A stretch of DNA of 63,786 nt, filler included. It is 5 parts of 5 records of this genome, joined end to end, with 100 filler letters (N's around TTAATTAATTAA, not from the genome) between each part and the next. Parts side by side here need not be neighbours in the genome. Positions count along the whole stretch, not along the records: positions 46,299 to 60,025 come from SRR20825010_4163; positions 60,126 to 63,786 come from SRR20825010_4165; 3 more parts are not named here. One strand, given 5' to 3'. Of this stretch, positions 49,951 to 60,297 are shown piece by piece (the first letter of the stretch is position 1; each line of letters opens with the position of its first letter). A program made the translations under genes and the position numbers. The notes under the pieces were generated by a model, which ran no database searches, was not told the origin of the DNA, and saw only the letters and a list, made by a program, of their open reading frames with translations.

Positions 49951-52284
49951 TCAGTTTGCGTCAGATGCGGCTGCGACGTGAATTTTGCGTCGATCAAACA
50001 ATCTCAAGAGTGGCGGCAGCATGAGCCAATCGATAAAGAGATTCGCGAGAATAACGATTGTGGTCTGTGCACCAAGCGACCGGTTAACCTCAAAGCCTGA
50101 CGCAATGAGAACACCGAACCCCACAGCCAGTGAAACTGTAATGACCAACATTGCTGTTCCGACTGTCTCGAAAACTTCATTGATGGCAGCTTCAGGGGTC
50201 AAACCTCTGGCCCTAGCCGCCTGATACATCATAAGGAAGTAGATCGTATCATCTACTATAAGCCCGATGGTCATAGCGGTGATGACCGATGCTGCCAGCC
50301 CGATCTGGCCAATGAGCAGGCCCCAGACACCGAAACCCACAATAGACGGCATTATATTCATCACAATGGAGAGCAGGCCATAGGCAGTGCTGCGCAATGC
50401 CAGACCGACAATGACGGCAATGACCAGCATTGAAGCAATGGTGGTGCCAATCATGGAGCGGATATTGATCCAGGAGACGTTGGAAAACAGCACATTGATG
50501 CTGATGCCACTTGCCGACATGGCCGGGGGGGCATTTTCTTTAAGCCATGTCTGCGCTGAAAGATTGAGCGCTCTGATCTCGCTCGACTTCACATGACGCA
50601 GGATGACGGTGACGCGGCTCGACGAGCGGGCCACGTTGATCTGATCATTAAGCGAGGAGCCATAGGGCAACGACAATTCGTAGAGCAGGAAATATTGCGC
50701 GATGCGGTTTCCGTCCACGGGAATGTCATTGGCTTGCGGTGAGGTGGCCAGCCGCGTCGGATCGATTGCCTTCTCGATGCGCCGAGTAATGTCGGGGATA
50801 CCGATAACGCTTACAACGTGAGGTTGGGCACGGAGCCATTCGAGGAACTCCGCCAATTTGCGCTGGTAAGCCGGATCATAGACGCCATTATCGACCCCGG
50901 CTCCAACATCAAACTCTATGATGTTCAACCCCGTCAGATGGCTCTCAGTAAAGTCGCTATCGACGCGATATTCGAACCGGCTGTCGAAATAGCGCGCAAA
51001 ATCGTCATCCAGCGTGATGCGCTGGAGCCAGATGCCGGAGCCCACAACCACGAAGCCGCATAGAACCAGCAAGACCAGATAATTTCGGTTCACGAAGTGA
51101 CCGAGCGCGATCATGGCTCGTTCGGAGCGGTTCGCCGTCGGCTTGAGGTCCATGCGCACAAGCAAGGCGGGCAGCCAAGTGAATGTGAACAGGTAGGCAA
51201 TGCCAATACCGAAGGCGACAATGTTGCCGAGGTCGCGAAACGGTGGCGCTTCGGCAAGGTTCATCGACAGGAAGCCGATAGCGCTTGTGAAAGTAGTGAG
51301 CGAAACTGGCCGGATATGAATGGATAGCGAGCGTGCTATCGCCTCCTGCTTGCCCATGCCCTGCCCCAAATGCGCCATTGTGGTGGTGACGATGCGCACG
51401 GCGGCGGCCATGTTGACCGTAACGATGATGATAGGAGCCGCGATGGAGGCCGGATTGATCACAAAATCAAGCCAGCCGGCAATGCCCACCGCTGACGCTG
51501 ATGAGAGGGCCAGCAACGAAACTATGGCAAGACTGGGCCGCACAGCGCGGACGAATAGCAGCATAACCAGACCTGAGAGAAGCAGGCTGATCGGGATCAG
51601 CAAGAATGCATCGCTGACCGCGGCCTCGGCAAAAGTGCCAAGAAGCATGACATTGCCGGTGAGTTTGACGTCAATATCGGGATAATCAGTTTCGATTTCG
51701 GTGGCGAGGGCGCGGCTGGCGGCGATGATCTGGCGAACCTCGCGCGAGCCTTCTTCCGGCAAATTGAAATTGACGAGGATGCCTGCCGCTTTGGCATCGG
51801 CGGAAATGAGCCGGTTGACGACCAGAGGGTCGGCAAGCGCAGTCTCCTCAATGGCAAGCGCACGACCCTGTGTGATTACGCCTGCGTCAGGCACCAGTTC
51901 CTCGACGGAGAAACTGTCGGCATCTGACGTGACATGCGGGAAATTGGTAAGTGATTCAACGCGGGTCGAATGGGGCAGTTTCCAAGCCCGGGCCGTCAGA
52001 TCCTTAATGATAGCCAGCATGGCCGGATCGGTGACCTTGGCTGCACCTGATGCTTCACGAGGGGTGACCACCAGCAAAACGCCATTGTTCTGGCCATATT
52101 TGTTCTCGAAATCCTCAAGCTCCACGAGTTCGGTGCTCTTGGGATCGAAGAAGACGCGGCTATCGGAAGAAAGCGTCAATCTGGGCAGACCGGCCAGTGC
52201 CGTCATGCACAAGGCCAGACAGACAAACATTACCAGCCGGGGCGCTTTCAGCGCCGGCATCCACACTCCACCCATTGTCAACAA
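49951..52284 (-). CDS. MMPL/RND family transporter
   Basis: Duplicated 1TM-loop-5TM architecture; TSAIGFLS..APPFRDLG; GLIVDDTIYF. Confidence 0.9.
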   Translation of the reverse strand: MLTMGGVWMPALKAPRLVMFVCLALCMTALAGLPRLTLSSDSRVFFDPKSTELVELEDFENKYGQNNGVLLVVTPREASGAAKVTDPAMLAIIKDLTARAWKLPHSTRVESLTNFPHVTSDADSFSVEELVPDAGVITQGRALAIEETALADPLVVNRLISADAKAAGILVNFNLPEEGSREVRQIIAASRALATEIETDYPDIDVKLTGNVMLLGTFAEAAVSDAFLLIPISLLLSGLVMLLFVRAVRPSLAIVSLLALSSASAVGIAGWLDFVINPASIAAPIIIVTVNMAAAVRIVTTTMAHLGQGMGKQEAIARSLSIHIRPVSLTTFTSAIGFLSMNLAEAPPFRDLGNIVAFGIGIAYLFTFTWLPALLVRMDLKPTANRSERAMIALGHFVNRNYLVLLVLCGFVVVGSGIWLQRITLDDDFARYFDSRFEYRVDSDFTESHLTGLNIIEFDVGAGVDNGVYDPAYQRKLAEFLEWLRAQPHVVSVIGIPDITRRIEKAIDPTRLATSPQANDIPVDGNRIAQYFLLYELSLPYGSSLNDQINVARSSSRVTVILRHVKSSEIRALNLSAQTWLKENAPPAMSASGISINVLFSNVSWINIRSMIGTTIASMLVIAVIVGLALRSTAYGLLSIVMNIMPSIVGFGVWGLLIGQIGLAASVITAMTIGLIVDDTIYFLMMYQAARARGLTPEAAINEVFETVGTAMLVITVSLAVGFGVLIASGFEVNRSLGAQTTIVILANLFIDWLMLPPLLRLFDRRKIHVAAASDAN

Positions 52285-52505
52285 TGCCCCAACCTGCCCC
52301 TCGATGGAGGCAGTTTAGGCCAAGGTGAATGATTGACAAAGCATGTCGGAATTCATGGACAAGAAGTTCTTAATCAAATTTTGTCATAACAGGTCGTTGG
52401 TGCATCAGGTTTCCGAACAGGATGTGCCGAACCGATAGGTTCCACGCTTCAAGGAAGGTGAACCAGCCGCTTCCAGAATCGAAGCAGACGGCTTGCAGGA
52501 CGGGT

Positions 52506-53822
52506 ATGAGCGAGAATGAATCCATAAACCTAGCCACAGTAGGCACCGCTGAACTGGAAGCGATGTCCACACAGGTTTTTTCTGCCTGCCTCGACACAAT
52601 GTCGGCAGACTCGATCATGCGCTTTCAAAAAATGCGCAAACTCACCCCATCTCACCGCTCGGCGCTTGATGTCTATGTAGCGGAAAATCCCGAAAAAATG
52701 AGCGGGCATGTTCCCGCAACGGCGGTATCCAAGCCGACGCAAGCTGCCAAAGTCGCCAAAGCCAAAAACGCCAAAGTATCGAAAAATGCACGCGCGGCGA
52801 CGCCTCCCAAGGGTGTCACACCTGTGGGGGTGGACCGCCGCTCGCCTTTCCCGGACTTCAAGAAAAGGCTTCGGGCATGGTGGGTCGGTGTATCACTTGA
52901 CGATCTAGATGCATTCGATCGCAATGGCGGCAAGGTGGCATCCGCCCCCCCGTCTGCCAATGACGACAAGGCAACTTCCGACAAACAAAAATCTGCTCAA
53001 GGCACAAAGAATGCTCCGGTGGAATACACCCATGTGAGCCGTGCGGAACTCCTGCAAATGCTTTGGGGCGAGGGATATGCGCTGCCCGGCGGCGAGGCCT
53101 TTACCGAAAAGCTGATGGAAGGTCTGGTCTTTCCCGGCGACCACCCTTGTCTTTATCTGACTGCGGGACTGGGCGGCGCGGCACGATGGATCTGCGGCTA
53201 TCACAATATTCCGGTTGAGGCGATCGAGGCTGATCCCGAATTAGCGGCGGCGGGACATGAACTCTCGATTGCAGCAGGCATGAAAGATGCCGCACCTGTG
53301 ATCTGCGAAGACGCGACGCTCAAAATATTCCCCGACCAGACCTATACGTCGATTGTGATGCGGGAAATGATGTTCACGATAGCGGACCGCAAAAAGCTGC
53401 TGGCCAATCTTGTTCCCGCCTTGCGCAAGCAGGGCACGATTGTGCTGACTGACTTCATGCTGACCGACCGTTCGACCGGCAATGCCGAGATGAAAGCGTG
53501 GCGCGAAGCCGAACCCGTTCGTGCACTGCCCTATACGGTCGAGGAATATAGCGAGCTGCTGGACGAAAATAAGTTCGCCGTCAAATCCTGCGACGATCTG
53601 AGTGACCAGTATATTGGCTTTATTCAGGCTGGCTGGCAGCGGCTGCATACATACCTTCAAACCGCCAAACTTTCGCCTGAAAGCGCCACCATGTTGATGG
53701 ATGAGGGCAACATGTGGCTTGCACGCTGCAAGGCCCTAGAGAGCGGTCAGCTGCGGCTGATCAATATTAGGGCGGGTCTCCGTCCGGTCCGGTCGATGAC
53801 GGACGCTATGAGCATCGAGTAA
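52506..53822 (+). CDS. SAM methyltransferase-fold protein (phosphoethanolamine/sarcosine N-MTase-like) with a low-complexity N-terminus
   Basis: LWGEGYALPGG, atypical motif I LYLTAGLGG, LRKQGTIVLTDF. Confidence 0.75.
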   Translation: MSENESINLATVGTAELEAMSTQVFSACLDTMSADSIMRFQKMRKLTPSHRSALDVYVAENPEKMSGHVPATAVSKPTQAAKVAKAKNAKVSKNARAATPPKGVTPVGVDRRSPFPDFKKRLRAWWVGVSLDDLDAFDRNGGKVASAPPSANDDKATSDKQKSAQGTKNAPVEYTHVSRAELLQMLWGEGYALPGGEAFTEKLMEGLVFPGDHPCLYLTAGLGGAARWICGYHNIPVEAIEADPELAAAGHELSIAAGMKDAAPVICEDATLKIFPDQTYTSIVMREMMFTIADRKKLLANLVPALRKQGTIVLTDFMLTDRSTGNAEMKAWREAEPVRALPYTVEEYSELLDENKFAVKSCDDLSDQYIGFIQAGWQRLHTYLQTAKLSPESATMLMDEGNMWLARCKALESGQLRLINIRAGLRPVRSMTDAMSIE

Positions 53823-54027
53823 AGAAAGGACTGAAAATGGCTATGCAACCACCGCCGGCCCCGGAACCAGAGCAACACCGCCACGTTGAGCCGATTTTCG
53901 ATGCATCTGGAACTTTACGACATGTGCCCGCCAGCAAAGGCGACCGCACTCACACTGCCAAGGATCGGTTATCCGCACACCCTGCCCGCTAAAAAACGAT
54001 CAGGTTACGAAGCGCGGAATACTTCTG

Positions 54028-54864
54028 TCAGTCGATCTTCAGGTCGTCTTCGACAGGTTCCACCACAGATGCCGAACGCTGTTTGTGGTGACGATGACGC
54101 AGGATACTGACCGGAAGCACGGCCAGATAGCCCAGCGCGATGCCTGTGAAGGCAAACCAGGGGTAGTTGAGAACAACTGCCGCCGAAAATCCCACCAGTA
54201 GCAAAATCGGCAATACCATTTCACGGTCAATGCGCAGTCCCATGCGCTTGCCGGAGAATGTGGGCACGCGGCTGACCATGAGGAATGCCACGAAGAAGCA
54301 ATGCACTGCGACCAGCAGTGGCAAGTCCTTCAGTGCCGGCAGCCCAATGAAATCGAGATAGAGCGGCAGCATGACAAGCAGCGCACCGGCAGGTGCGGGA
54401 ACACCGACAAAGTAATTTGCCGACCATGCAGGCTTGTCCGGGTCCTCAAGCGCCACGTTGAAACGTGCCAAACGCAAGGCACAGCAAACCGCATAGCCCA
54501 GCACCGCAATCCAGCCGATGCCGCCAATATCGCTGAGGGACCAGAGATAGAGAACGATGACCGGCGCGACACCGAAATTCACAAAGTCGGTGAGCGAGTC
54601 GAGTTCAGCACCGAAACGCGATGTACCCTTCAGGAACCGCGCCACACGACCATCAAGCGCATCAAAGACAGAGGCGACAATGATGGCGACAACGGAGGCC
54701 TCGAAGCGGCCTTCGAGAGCGAAACGGATGGCAGTGAGGCCAGCACAGAGCGCCAGCACAGTGAGCGCATTGGGAATGACCGTGCGGATCGGCAATGTGC
54801 CGAAGGCACGCGAGCGGCGATTGGTCGTGTTGCGGCCACCAAAGGGCGGGAGTGATTTTGTCAT
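54028..54864 (-). CDS. pssA: CDP-diacylglycerol-serine O-phosphatidyltransferase
   Basis: DALDGRVAR..SRFGAELDSLTDFVNFGVAP, ALRLARFN, FVGVPAP. Confidence 0.94.
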   Translation of the reverse strand: MTKSLPPFGGRNTTNRRSRAFGTLPIRTVIPNALTVLALCAGLTAIRFALEGRFEASVVAIIVASVFDALDGRVARFLKGTSRFGAELDSLTDFVNFGVAPVIVLYLWSLSDIGGIGWIAVLGYAVCCALRLARFNVALEDPDKPAWSANYFVGVPAPAGALLVMLPLYLDFIGLPALKDLPLLVAVHCFFVAFLMVSRVPTFSGKRMGLRIDREMVLPILLLVGFSAAVVLNYPWFAFTGIALGYLAVLPVSILRHRHHKQRSASVVEPVEDDLKID

Positions 54865-54894
54865 GTTCTCTCTCCTCTAACGGCCAAGATACGC

Positions 54895-55575
54895 TCAGAC
54901 GTGATGCGGGGCAGACAGCATCTCATCGGCAAGCACAGTCTCGCCCGCAATGGCGGTCTGACCAAGGGCGACAAGCGGGGTCGCACCTTCGGGCAGATAG
55001 ACATCAAGGCGGCTGCCGAAGCGGATCAGGCCATAGCGATCGCCTGCTTTCAGCTCCTCGCCCTCTTTCACATCACAAACGATGCGGCGGGCAACGAGAC
55101 CGGCAATCTGGACCACCACGATTTCCGATCCGTCGGCACGCTCGATGACCATGGAATTGCGCTCATTGGCGTCCGAGGCTTTGTCGAGGCTGGCATTGAG
55201 GAACAGGCCGGGGCGATAGGCGATGCGCTTGACCTTGCCTGCGACCGGCATGCGGTTCACATGGCAATTGAAGACATTCATGAAAATCGTGACGCGGGTG
55301 CGCTTCATGTCGCCCAGACCGAGTTCGGGCGGCGGCGAGGCCTCGACGATCAGATTGACGACACCGTCGGCGGGGCTGATGACCAGCTTGTCGCGCTGCG
55401 GAGTGACGCGATCGGGGTCGCGGAAAAAATAGAGGCACCAAAGCGTGAGGATGACGCCGACCCAGCCAAGCGGCTGCCAGATCAGAAAAAAAACCACCGT
55501 TATGGCTGCAAAGAGCAAAGCCCAGCGATGGCCTTCACGATGGATGGGCACGAGGATTGACGTCAGAGTATCCAT
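54895..55575 (-). CDS. psd: Phosphatidylserine decarboxylase
   Basis: [40 protein letters not shown] autocleavage site. Confidence 0.95.
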   Translation of the reverse strand: MDTLTSILVPIHREGHRWALLFAAITVVFFLIWQPLGWVGVILTLWCLYFFRDPDRVTPQRDKLVISPADGVVNLIVEASPPPELGLGDMKRTRVTIFMNVFNCHVNRMPVAGKVKRIAYRPGLFLNASLDKASDANERNSMVIERADGSEIVVVQIAGLVARRIVCDVKEGEELKAGDRYGLIRFGSRLDVYLPEGATPLVALGQTAIAGETVLADEMLSAPHHV

Positions 55576-55686
55576 AAGTCGATTTTCCGGCTTTGTGTGC
55601 AGTTGAAGGTCAGTCTAGCGCGTTCGGAGGCTATATGCATCCTCGGCAAGCAAGTGTTTTCCGATAGGTTCAGCGGGGCAAACAGT

Positions 55687-57600
55687 CTATTCGGCCGGCA
55701 TTTTCTCCGATGCGAGCGACACATCTTCCAGATTTTCATCGAGAATTTCCCGCGCGGCGTCAGCCTCGCGCTGACGGTTCCACATAGCGGCGTAGCGGCC
55801 ATTACGGGCCAGCAGATCGTCATGCCGTCCGCGTTCGGCAATATGACCATGATCGAGAACAATGATTTCGTCCGCATCGACAACGGTGGAAAGACGATGC
55901 GCGATGATGACCGTGGTGCGGTTTTCAGAAATACGCTTCAGGGCCGACTGGATCTCACGCTCGGTATGGGTGTCAAGGGCGGAGGTGGCCTCGTCGAGAA
56001 TGAGGATGGACGGATTTTTGAGGATCGTGCGGGCAATGGCGACGCGCTGCTTCTCGCCGCCTGAAAGCTTCAATCCGCGCTCGCCGACAGCAGAATCATA
56101 GCCCTTGGGCAGACGCGCGATGAAATCGGAAATCTGCGCTTGAGCGGCGGCACTCTCGACCTCGGCATCGGACGCATCGGGGCGGCCATAGCGGATGTTG
56201 TAACGGATTGTGTCGTTGAACAGCACCGTGTCCTGCGGGACCATGCCGACGGTTGCGCGCAACGAGGACTGGGTGACATCGCGAATGTCCTGACCGTCGA
56301 TCAGCACCCTGCCCGCTGAAATGTCATAGAAGCGGAACAAAATACGCGAAATGGTGGATTTGCCTGCACCCGACGGGCCTACAATAGCAAGCGTTTTGCC
56401 CGCCGGCACACGGAACGAGATGTTGTCCAGAATTCCGCGGTCGGCATCATAGTGGAACGAGACATTCTCGAAGACGATTTCGCCGCCTTCTGTTTTCAAC
56501 TCATGCGCGGCCGGGGCGTCTTCGACTTCGGAGGGGATGCGCAGCAGATCGAACATGGTTTCCATGTCGATCAGCCCCTGACGGATTTCGCGATAGACCG
56601 TGCCCAAAAGATTGAGCGGCTGGGAAAGCTGCATGAAATAGGCAAACAGCATGGCAAAGTCGCCGACATTCTGCGTGCCCTGCACAATGTTCCGGGCCGA
56701 CATAAGCATGAGAACCATGAGGCCGACGGACAGAATGGCGGTCTGGCCGCTGTTCAATGTGGACAGCGAGGTCATGGTTTTGATCGCCGCGGTCTCGTAG
56801 CGCTTCATGGAGCCGTCGAAGCGCTTAGCTTCGAAATTCTCGTTGCCGAAATATTTGACCGTCTCGAAATTCAGAAGACTGTCGATCGCCTTTGAATTGG
56901 CATCAGTATCCAGCGCATTCATCTCGCGGTGAAAACGTGTGCGCCATTCGGTGACGGAGAATGTGAAGGCGATATAGGCCGCAATGGTGAGGACCAGAAC
57001 AGCGGCAAACCAGATGTCGAATGCCCAGGCAAAAATGCCGATGACCAGGATAAGTTCGATGATGGTCGGAATAATGTTGAAGAGCGAAAAACGTAGAAGC
57101 AAATCAATGGCTTTGGTGCCGCGTTCGATGACGCGGCTGAGGCCGCCGGTGCGGCGCTCCAGATGGAAGCGCAGCGACAAGGCATGAAGATGGCGGAAGG
57201 TTTCGAGCGCCAAGGCGCGCACGGCATTCTGGCTGACGGGCGCAAAAACCGCATCGCGCAACTGGCCAAGGCCGACCATCAGAATACGTCCGATGCTGAA
57301 AGCCACAATGAGCACGACGGGCACTGCAATGGCCAGCGTCTGGGGCGATGTGACCGACAGCGCATTGACGGCGTCGCGATAAAGGAATGGCACATAGACC
57401 GTGATCGCCTTGGCCGCGACAAGCACCACAACGGCGATGATGAGCCGTGCGTGAAGGTCACGCCGCCCTTCCGGCCAGAGATAGGGCGCAAAAGCCTTCA
57501 GCGTATCGAGACGGTTGTTTTTTTGGGGCGCGGCACCACCGGTGACGGGATGCGCCCCGCTGTCGATGCCTCGCCGTGAGTTCATTCCACGCATATTCAA
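55687..57600 (-). CDS. ABCB half-transporter (ATM1/AtmA-like)
   Basis: FHLERRTGGLSR, DSLLNFETVKYF, GPSGAGKST, LSGGEKQRVAIAR. Confidence 0.94.
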   Translation of the reverse strand: MNMRGMNSRRGIDSGAHPVTGGAAPQKNNRLDTLKAFAPYLWPEGRRDLHARLIIAVVVLVAAKAITVYVPFLYRDAVNALSVTSPQTLAIAVPVVLIVAFSIGRILMVGLGQLRDAVFAPVSQNAVRALALETFRHLHALSLRFHLERRTGGLSRVIERGTKAIDLLLRFSLFNIIPTIIELILVIGIFAWAFDIWFAAVLVLTIAAYIAFTFSVTEWRTRFHREMNALDTDANSKAIDSLLNFETVKYFGNENFEAKRFDGSMKRYETAAIKTMTSLSTLNSGQTAILSVGLMVLMLMSARNIVQGTQNVGDFAMLFAYFMQLSQPLNLLGTVYREIRQGLIDMETMFDLLRIPSEVEDAPAAHELKTEGGEIVFENVSFHYDADRGILDNISFRVPAGKTLAIVGPSGAGKSTISRILFRFYDISAGRVLIDGQDIRDVTQSSLRATVGMVPQDTVLFNDTIRYNIRYGRPDASDAEVESAAAQAQISDFIARLPKGYDSAVGERGLKLSGGEKQRVAIARTILKNPSILILDEATSALDTHTEREIQSALKRISENRTTVIIAHRLSTVVDADEIIVLDHGHIAERGRHDDLLARNGRYAAMWNRQREADAAREILDENLEDVSLASEKMPAE

Positions 57601-57745
57601 TAGAGCCTTGAGGGCGCTGGACGACCAAGCGGAGGCCGGTGCCGCATGCCCATAGTGAAACGCCCCGTCTAAGCCTATGGGCCTGACGAGGCGCTCAAAA
57701 CCTGCTCTTTACATAAGCCTTTCAGCCCATGACGCAAGTGCGACC

Positions 57746-58702
57746 CTATTGCGGGGTGGCAAAAACCTGTCCCGGATAGATCAGATCAGGATCGCGGATC
57801 TGGTCCTTATTGGCTTCGTAAATGACCGTATAGCGGAAGCCCGAGCCGTAAAGATCCTGCGCAATGCCCCAAAGATTGTTGCCGGGCTGGATAACAACCT
57901 GTCCCTTTTGCTTGGCGGCGACCACTTTGGATGGTTCACCACGCTCAAAGGGCAGTTCGATACGGGCTATGACCTTGCCGGCCTCGTCGATCTGATCGAT
58001 TCGCATTGTGTATTGGCCCGGTTCGATGGCAGTGACGGGACGCAGCTCCCACTGGCCGGCTTCGTCGGCATAGGTATCGCCGATACGCTTGCCGCTTACA
58101 TAGATGCGGACCGGCGCGCGTGGATCGGACTTGCCGGAAATGATGAGATTGCCATGCTCGTCATAGTCGATGGACTGAAGCACGAGATTGCCCGCATCCG
58201 ACGGTACGCCCGGTCCCTGAAGGATACGGCTGGCCTTGCCTGCCTGCGAGAGAACCACGAGGGCAGGACGATCCGGACTGTCGGGCACATCAATGGCGAC
58301 GACCTGTGTGGAGGTTTTGGTCTCACCATCTGGTGTCTGAACCCGCAGAGAAAGCTGCGTGCTGCCCGCGGCAAGCGGCTGGTCGAGCACAACGACCCAT
58401 TCGCCATTGCTGTCGGCAGTGGCTGTCGCCACCACTTGGCCATTGGCGAGAATTTCGACTTTGGCACCGGGAAGTGCGCGGCCCGCCATGACTGCGCTGC
58501 CGTCCCGATCAACACGAACTGTGTCGAATGTGGGGATGGAAGGGTCTTCGGCCAGCGCCTCGGGTGCTTCGGTCGTCTGCTCTGCCGCAGGCTGAGAAAC
58601 GGCTGATTCCGGTTCGGTGCTGCGAAAGAAAAGAAAATAGGCCCCGATCAAAAGCGCAAGGACAGCGACCACGACCCCTGCAATAATCCCGTTGTTCCGC
58701 AT
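57746..58702 (-). CDS. Membrane-anchored Ig-like repeat + LysM protein
   Basis: TM, FDTVRVDRDG..AGRA, ADSNGEW and ADEAGQW repeats, IQPGNNLWGIA..IYEANKDQIRDPDLIYPGQ. Confidence 0.9.
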   Translation of the reverse strand: MRNNGIIAGVVVAVLALLIGAYFLFFRSTEPESAVSQPAAEQTTEAPEALAEDPSIPTFDTVRVDRDGSAVMAGRALPGAKVEILANGQVVATATADSNGEWVVVLDQPLAAGSTQLSLRVQTPDGETKTSTQVVAIDVPDSPDRPALVVLSQAGKASRILQGPGVPSDAGNLVLQSIDYDEHGNLIISGKSDPRAPVRIYVSGKRIGDTYADEAGQWELRPVTAIEPGQYTMRIDQIDEAGKVIARIELPFERGEPSKVVAAKQKGQVVIQPGNNLWGIAQDLYGSGFRYTVIYEANKDQIRDPDLIYPGQVFATPQ

Positions 58703-58873
58703 TATTACCCGCCCTCATACATGGTTAAGCCCGTGCCAGACCGAAACACTCGACAGGCAAGATGCTGAATTCTGATCTAACTTGCAATTGCGGCACCAGT
58801 GTGAAAATCCAGTTTCGGGATTTCACTCTTTTTCGATGAACCCGAACAAAACAGAATAAAAACCGGATCCAAG

Positions 58874-59443
58874 ATGAAACCTGCGAATACCAAGGCGAAA
58901 CTTGCAAATGTATGTGTCTATTGCGGCTCACAGGCTGGCGCCGACCCAACGACGCTGGAGGCCGCAAGCCGCTTTGGCGAACAGTTGGCGGCGGCCGATG
59001 TGGGTCTGGTCTATGGCGGCGCAAGCATTGGCGTGATGGGCGCACTGGCCCGCGCGGTGATGGAAAACGGCGGTCGCGCCGTTGGGGTGATCCCCGATTT
59101 CCTCGCCAATGTGGAAGTGAAGATGGAGGGCTTGAGCGAACTCATCGTCACGCGCAGCATGCATGAGCGCAAACAGATCATGTTTGAACGCTCCGACGCT
59201 TTTGTGGCGATGCCCGGCGGGATCGGCACGCTGGAAGAACTGGTGGAAATGCTGACATGGGCCCAGCTCGGGCGGCACCAGCACCCGATCATCCTTGCCA
59301 ATCTGAACGGCTTCTGGGATCCCCTTGTAGAGCTGCTGGATCATATGATCCGTCAGAACTTCACTGCATCGAATATCCGCCGCTTCTATGCAGTGGTGGA
59401 CAAGGTGGACGATATTCTGCCGCGCATCGAGGCGGCACTGTGA
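58874..59443 (+). CDS. LOG family protein (TIGR00730)
   Basis: VCVYCGS, LVYGG, MHERK, PGGIGTLEE. Confidence 0.93.
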   Translation: MKPANTKAKLANVCVYCGSQAGADPTTLEAASRFGEQLAAADVGLVYGGASIGVMGALARAVMENGGRAVGVIPDFLANVEVKMEGLSELIVTRSMHERKQIMFERSDAFVAMPGGIGTLEELVEMLTWAQLGRHQHPIILANLNGFWDPLVELLDHMIRQNFTASNIRRFYAVVDKVDDILPRIEAAL

Positions 59444-60025
59444 GCGAGACGAGGAAGCGCCCACCGGCGCATGCGCTTTTCACCGGCGACGGACGGCTGG
59501 GGAACCAGCTTTTTCAGGCGGCCTTTCTCGACAGTCTGCTGTCACGCGGCGACCGGCTGACCACAACCGGAATGGAAGAACTGCTGGAAGGGTTCGACTG
59601 GGACCGCCTGCAAATCGACAACCGGCGTGACAGCCGCGCGCATCAGAGCGCCAAGCGCTGGTATCGGCGGCTGGGACGAGCGGCTGTGAAGTTGGGGCTG
59701 GTGAGCGGGCTGGCCCAGAAACGCGCGGTCTATGAACATGCAGGCAAGAGCTACAAGCTGCATGGTGACAAGATCGTGCAGAAGCGCGGCATGTTCACAC
59801 GCTATATCTATGTAGATAAGGGCTATTACCAGAGCGCAAAACTGGCCGAGCATGCCTCTTTCAGACTGAAAGAAAAATACCTGCATGCGGCACGCGCTTT
59901 TCTCGAAACTTTGCCTGCGGGGCCTCGTGCATTTGTGCATGTACGGCGCGGCGACTATGCGACATGGACGATATTCGGGCGCGCACCCTTGCTGGGGCTG
60001 GACTATTTCGCACGCGGCATTGAAG
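59440..60025 (+). CDS. GT11 alpha-1,2-fucosyltransferase-like, 3' truncated
   Basis: GRLGNQLFQ, GYYQS, VHVRRGDY; GTG start overlaps the LOG stop. Confidence 0.88.
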
Positions 60026-60125
60026 NNNNNNNNNNNNNNNNNNNNNNNNNNNNNNNNNNNNNNNNNNNNTTAATTAATTAANNNNNNNNNNNNNNNNNNN
60101 NNNNNNNNNNNNNNNNNNNNNNNNN
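60026..60125. other. Artificial contig-joining spacer
   Basis: N44-TTAATTAATTAA-N44. Confidence 0.98.
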
Positions 60126-60126
60126 C

Positions 60127-60276
60127 TGGAACACAGAGGCCATGGTGCTGGCCCGTGACCCGGACCTGACACAGGCGCTGCACGCATATGTCAGCGCCGC
60201 TCTCACCGGGGGAAAAACGCTGGAGACAGCCACCCCGCGCCATAGCCGCTCGTGGTTACCCGACGACCTGTTCTAG
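60127..60276 (+). CDS. C-terminal fragment, possibly phospholipase D family
   Basis: Open frame WNTEAMVLARDPDL...WLPDDLF*; resembles the segment after a second HKD motif; too short to be sure. Confidence 0.35.
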   Translation, partial: WNTEAMVLARDPDLTQALHAYVSAALTGGKTLETATPRHSRSWLPDDLF

Positions 60277-60297
60277 CACGCGCCGATCCCGGTCGCC

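Noticed and set aside
57677-58606. 309-aa + strand ORF
   Set aside because: Antisense shadow of the LysM gene
58721-58728. TTAACCAT CtrA half-site upstream of the LysM gene
   Set aside because: A single 8-mer half-site is too weak to call
14811-60125. Functional links across segments and the recurring TTAATTAATTAA
   Set aside because: Identical N-flanked artificial linkers; genes are cut at each join and composition changes, so they are not biological repeats or CtrA sites
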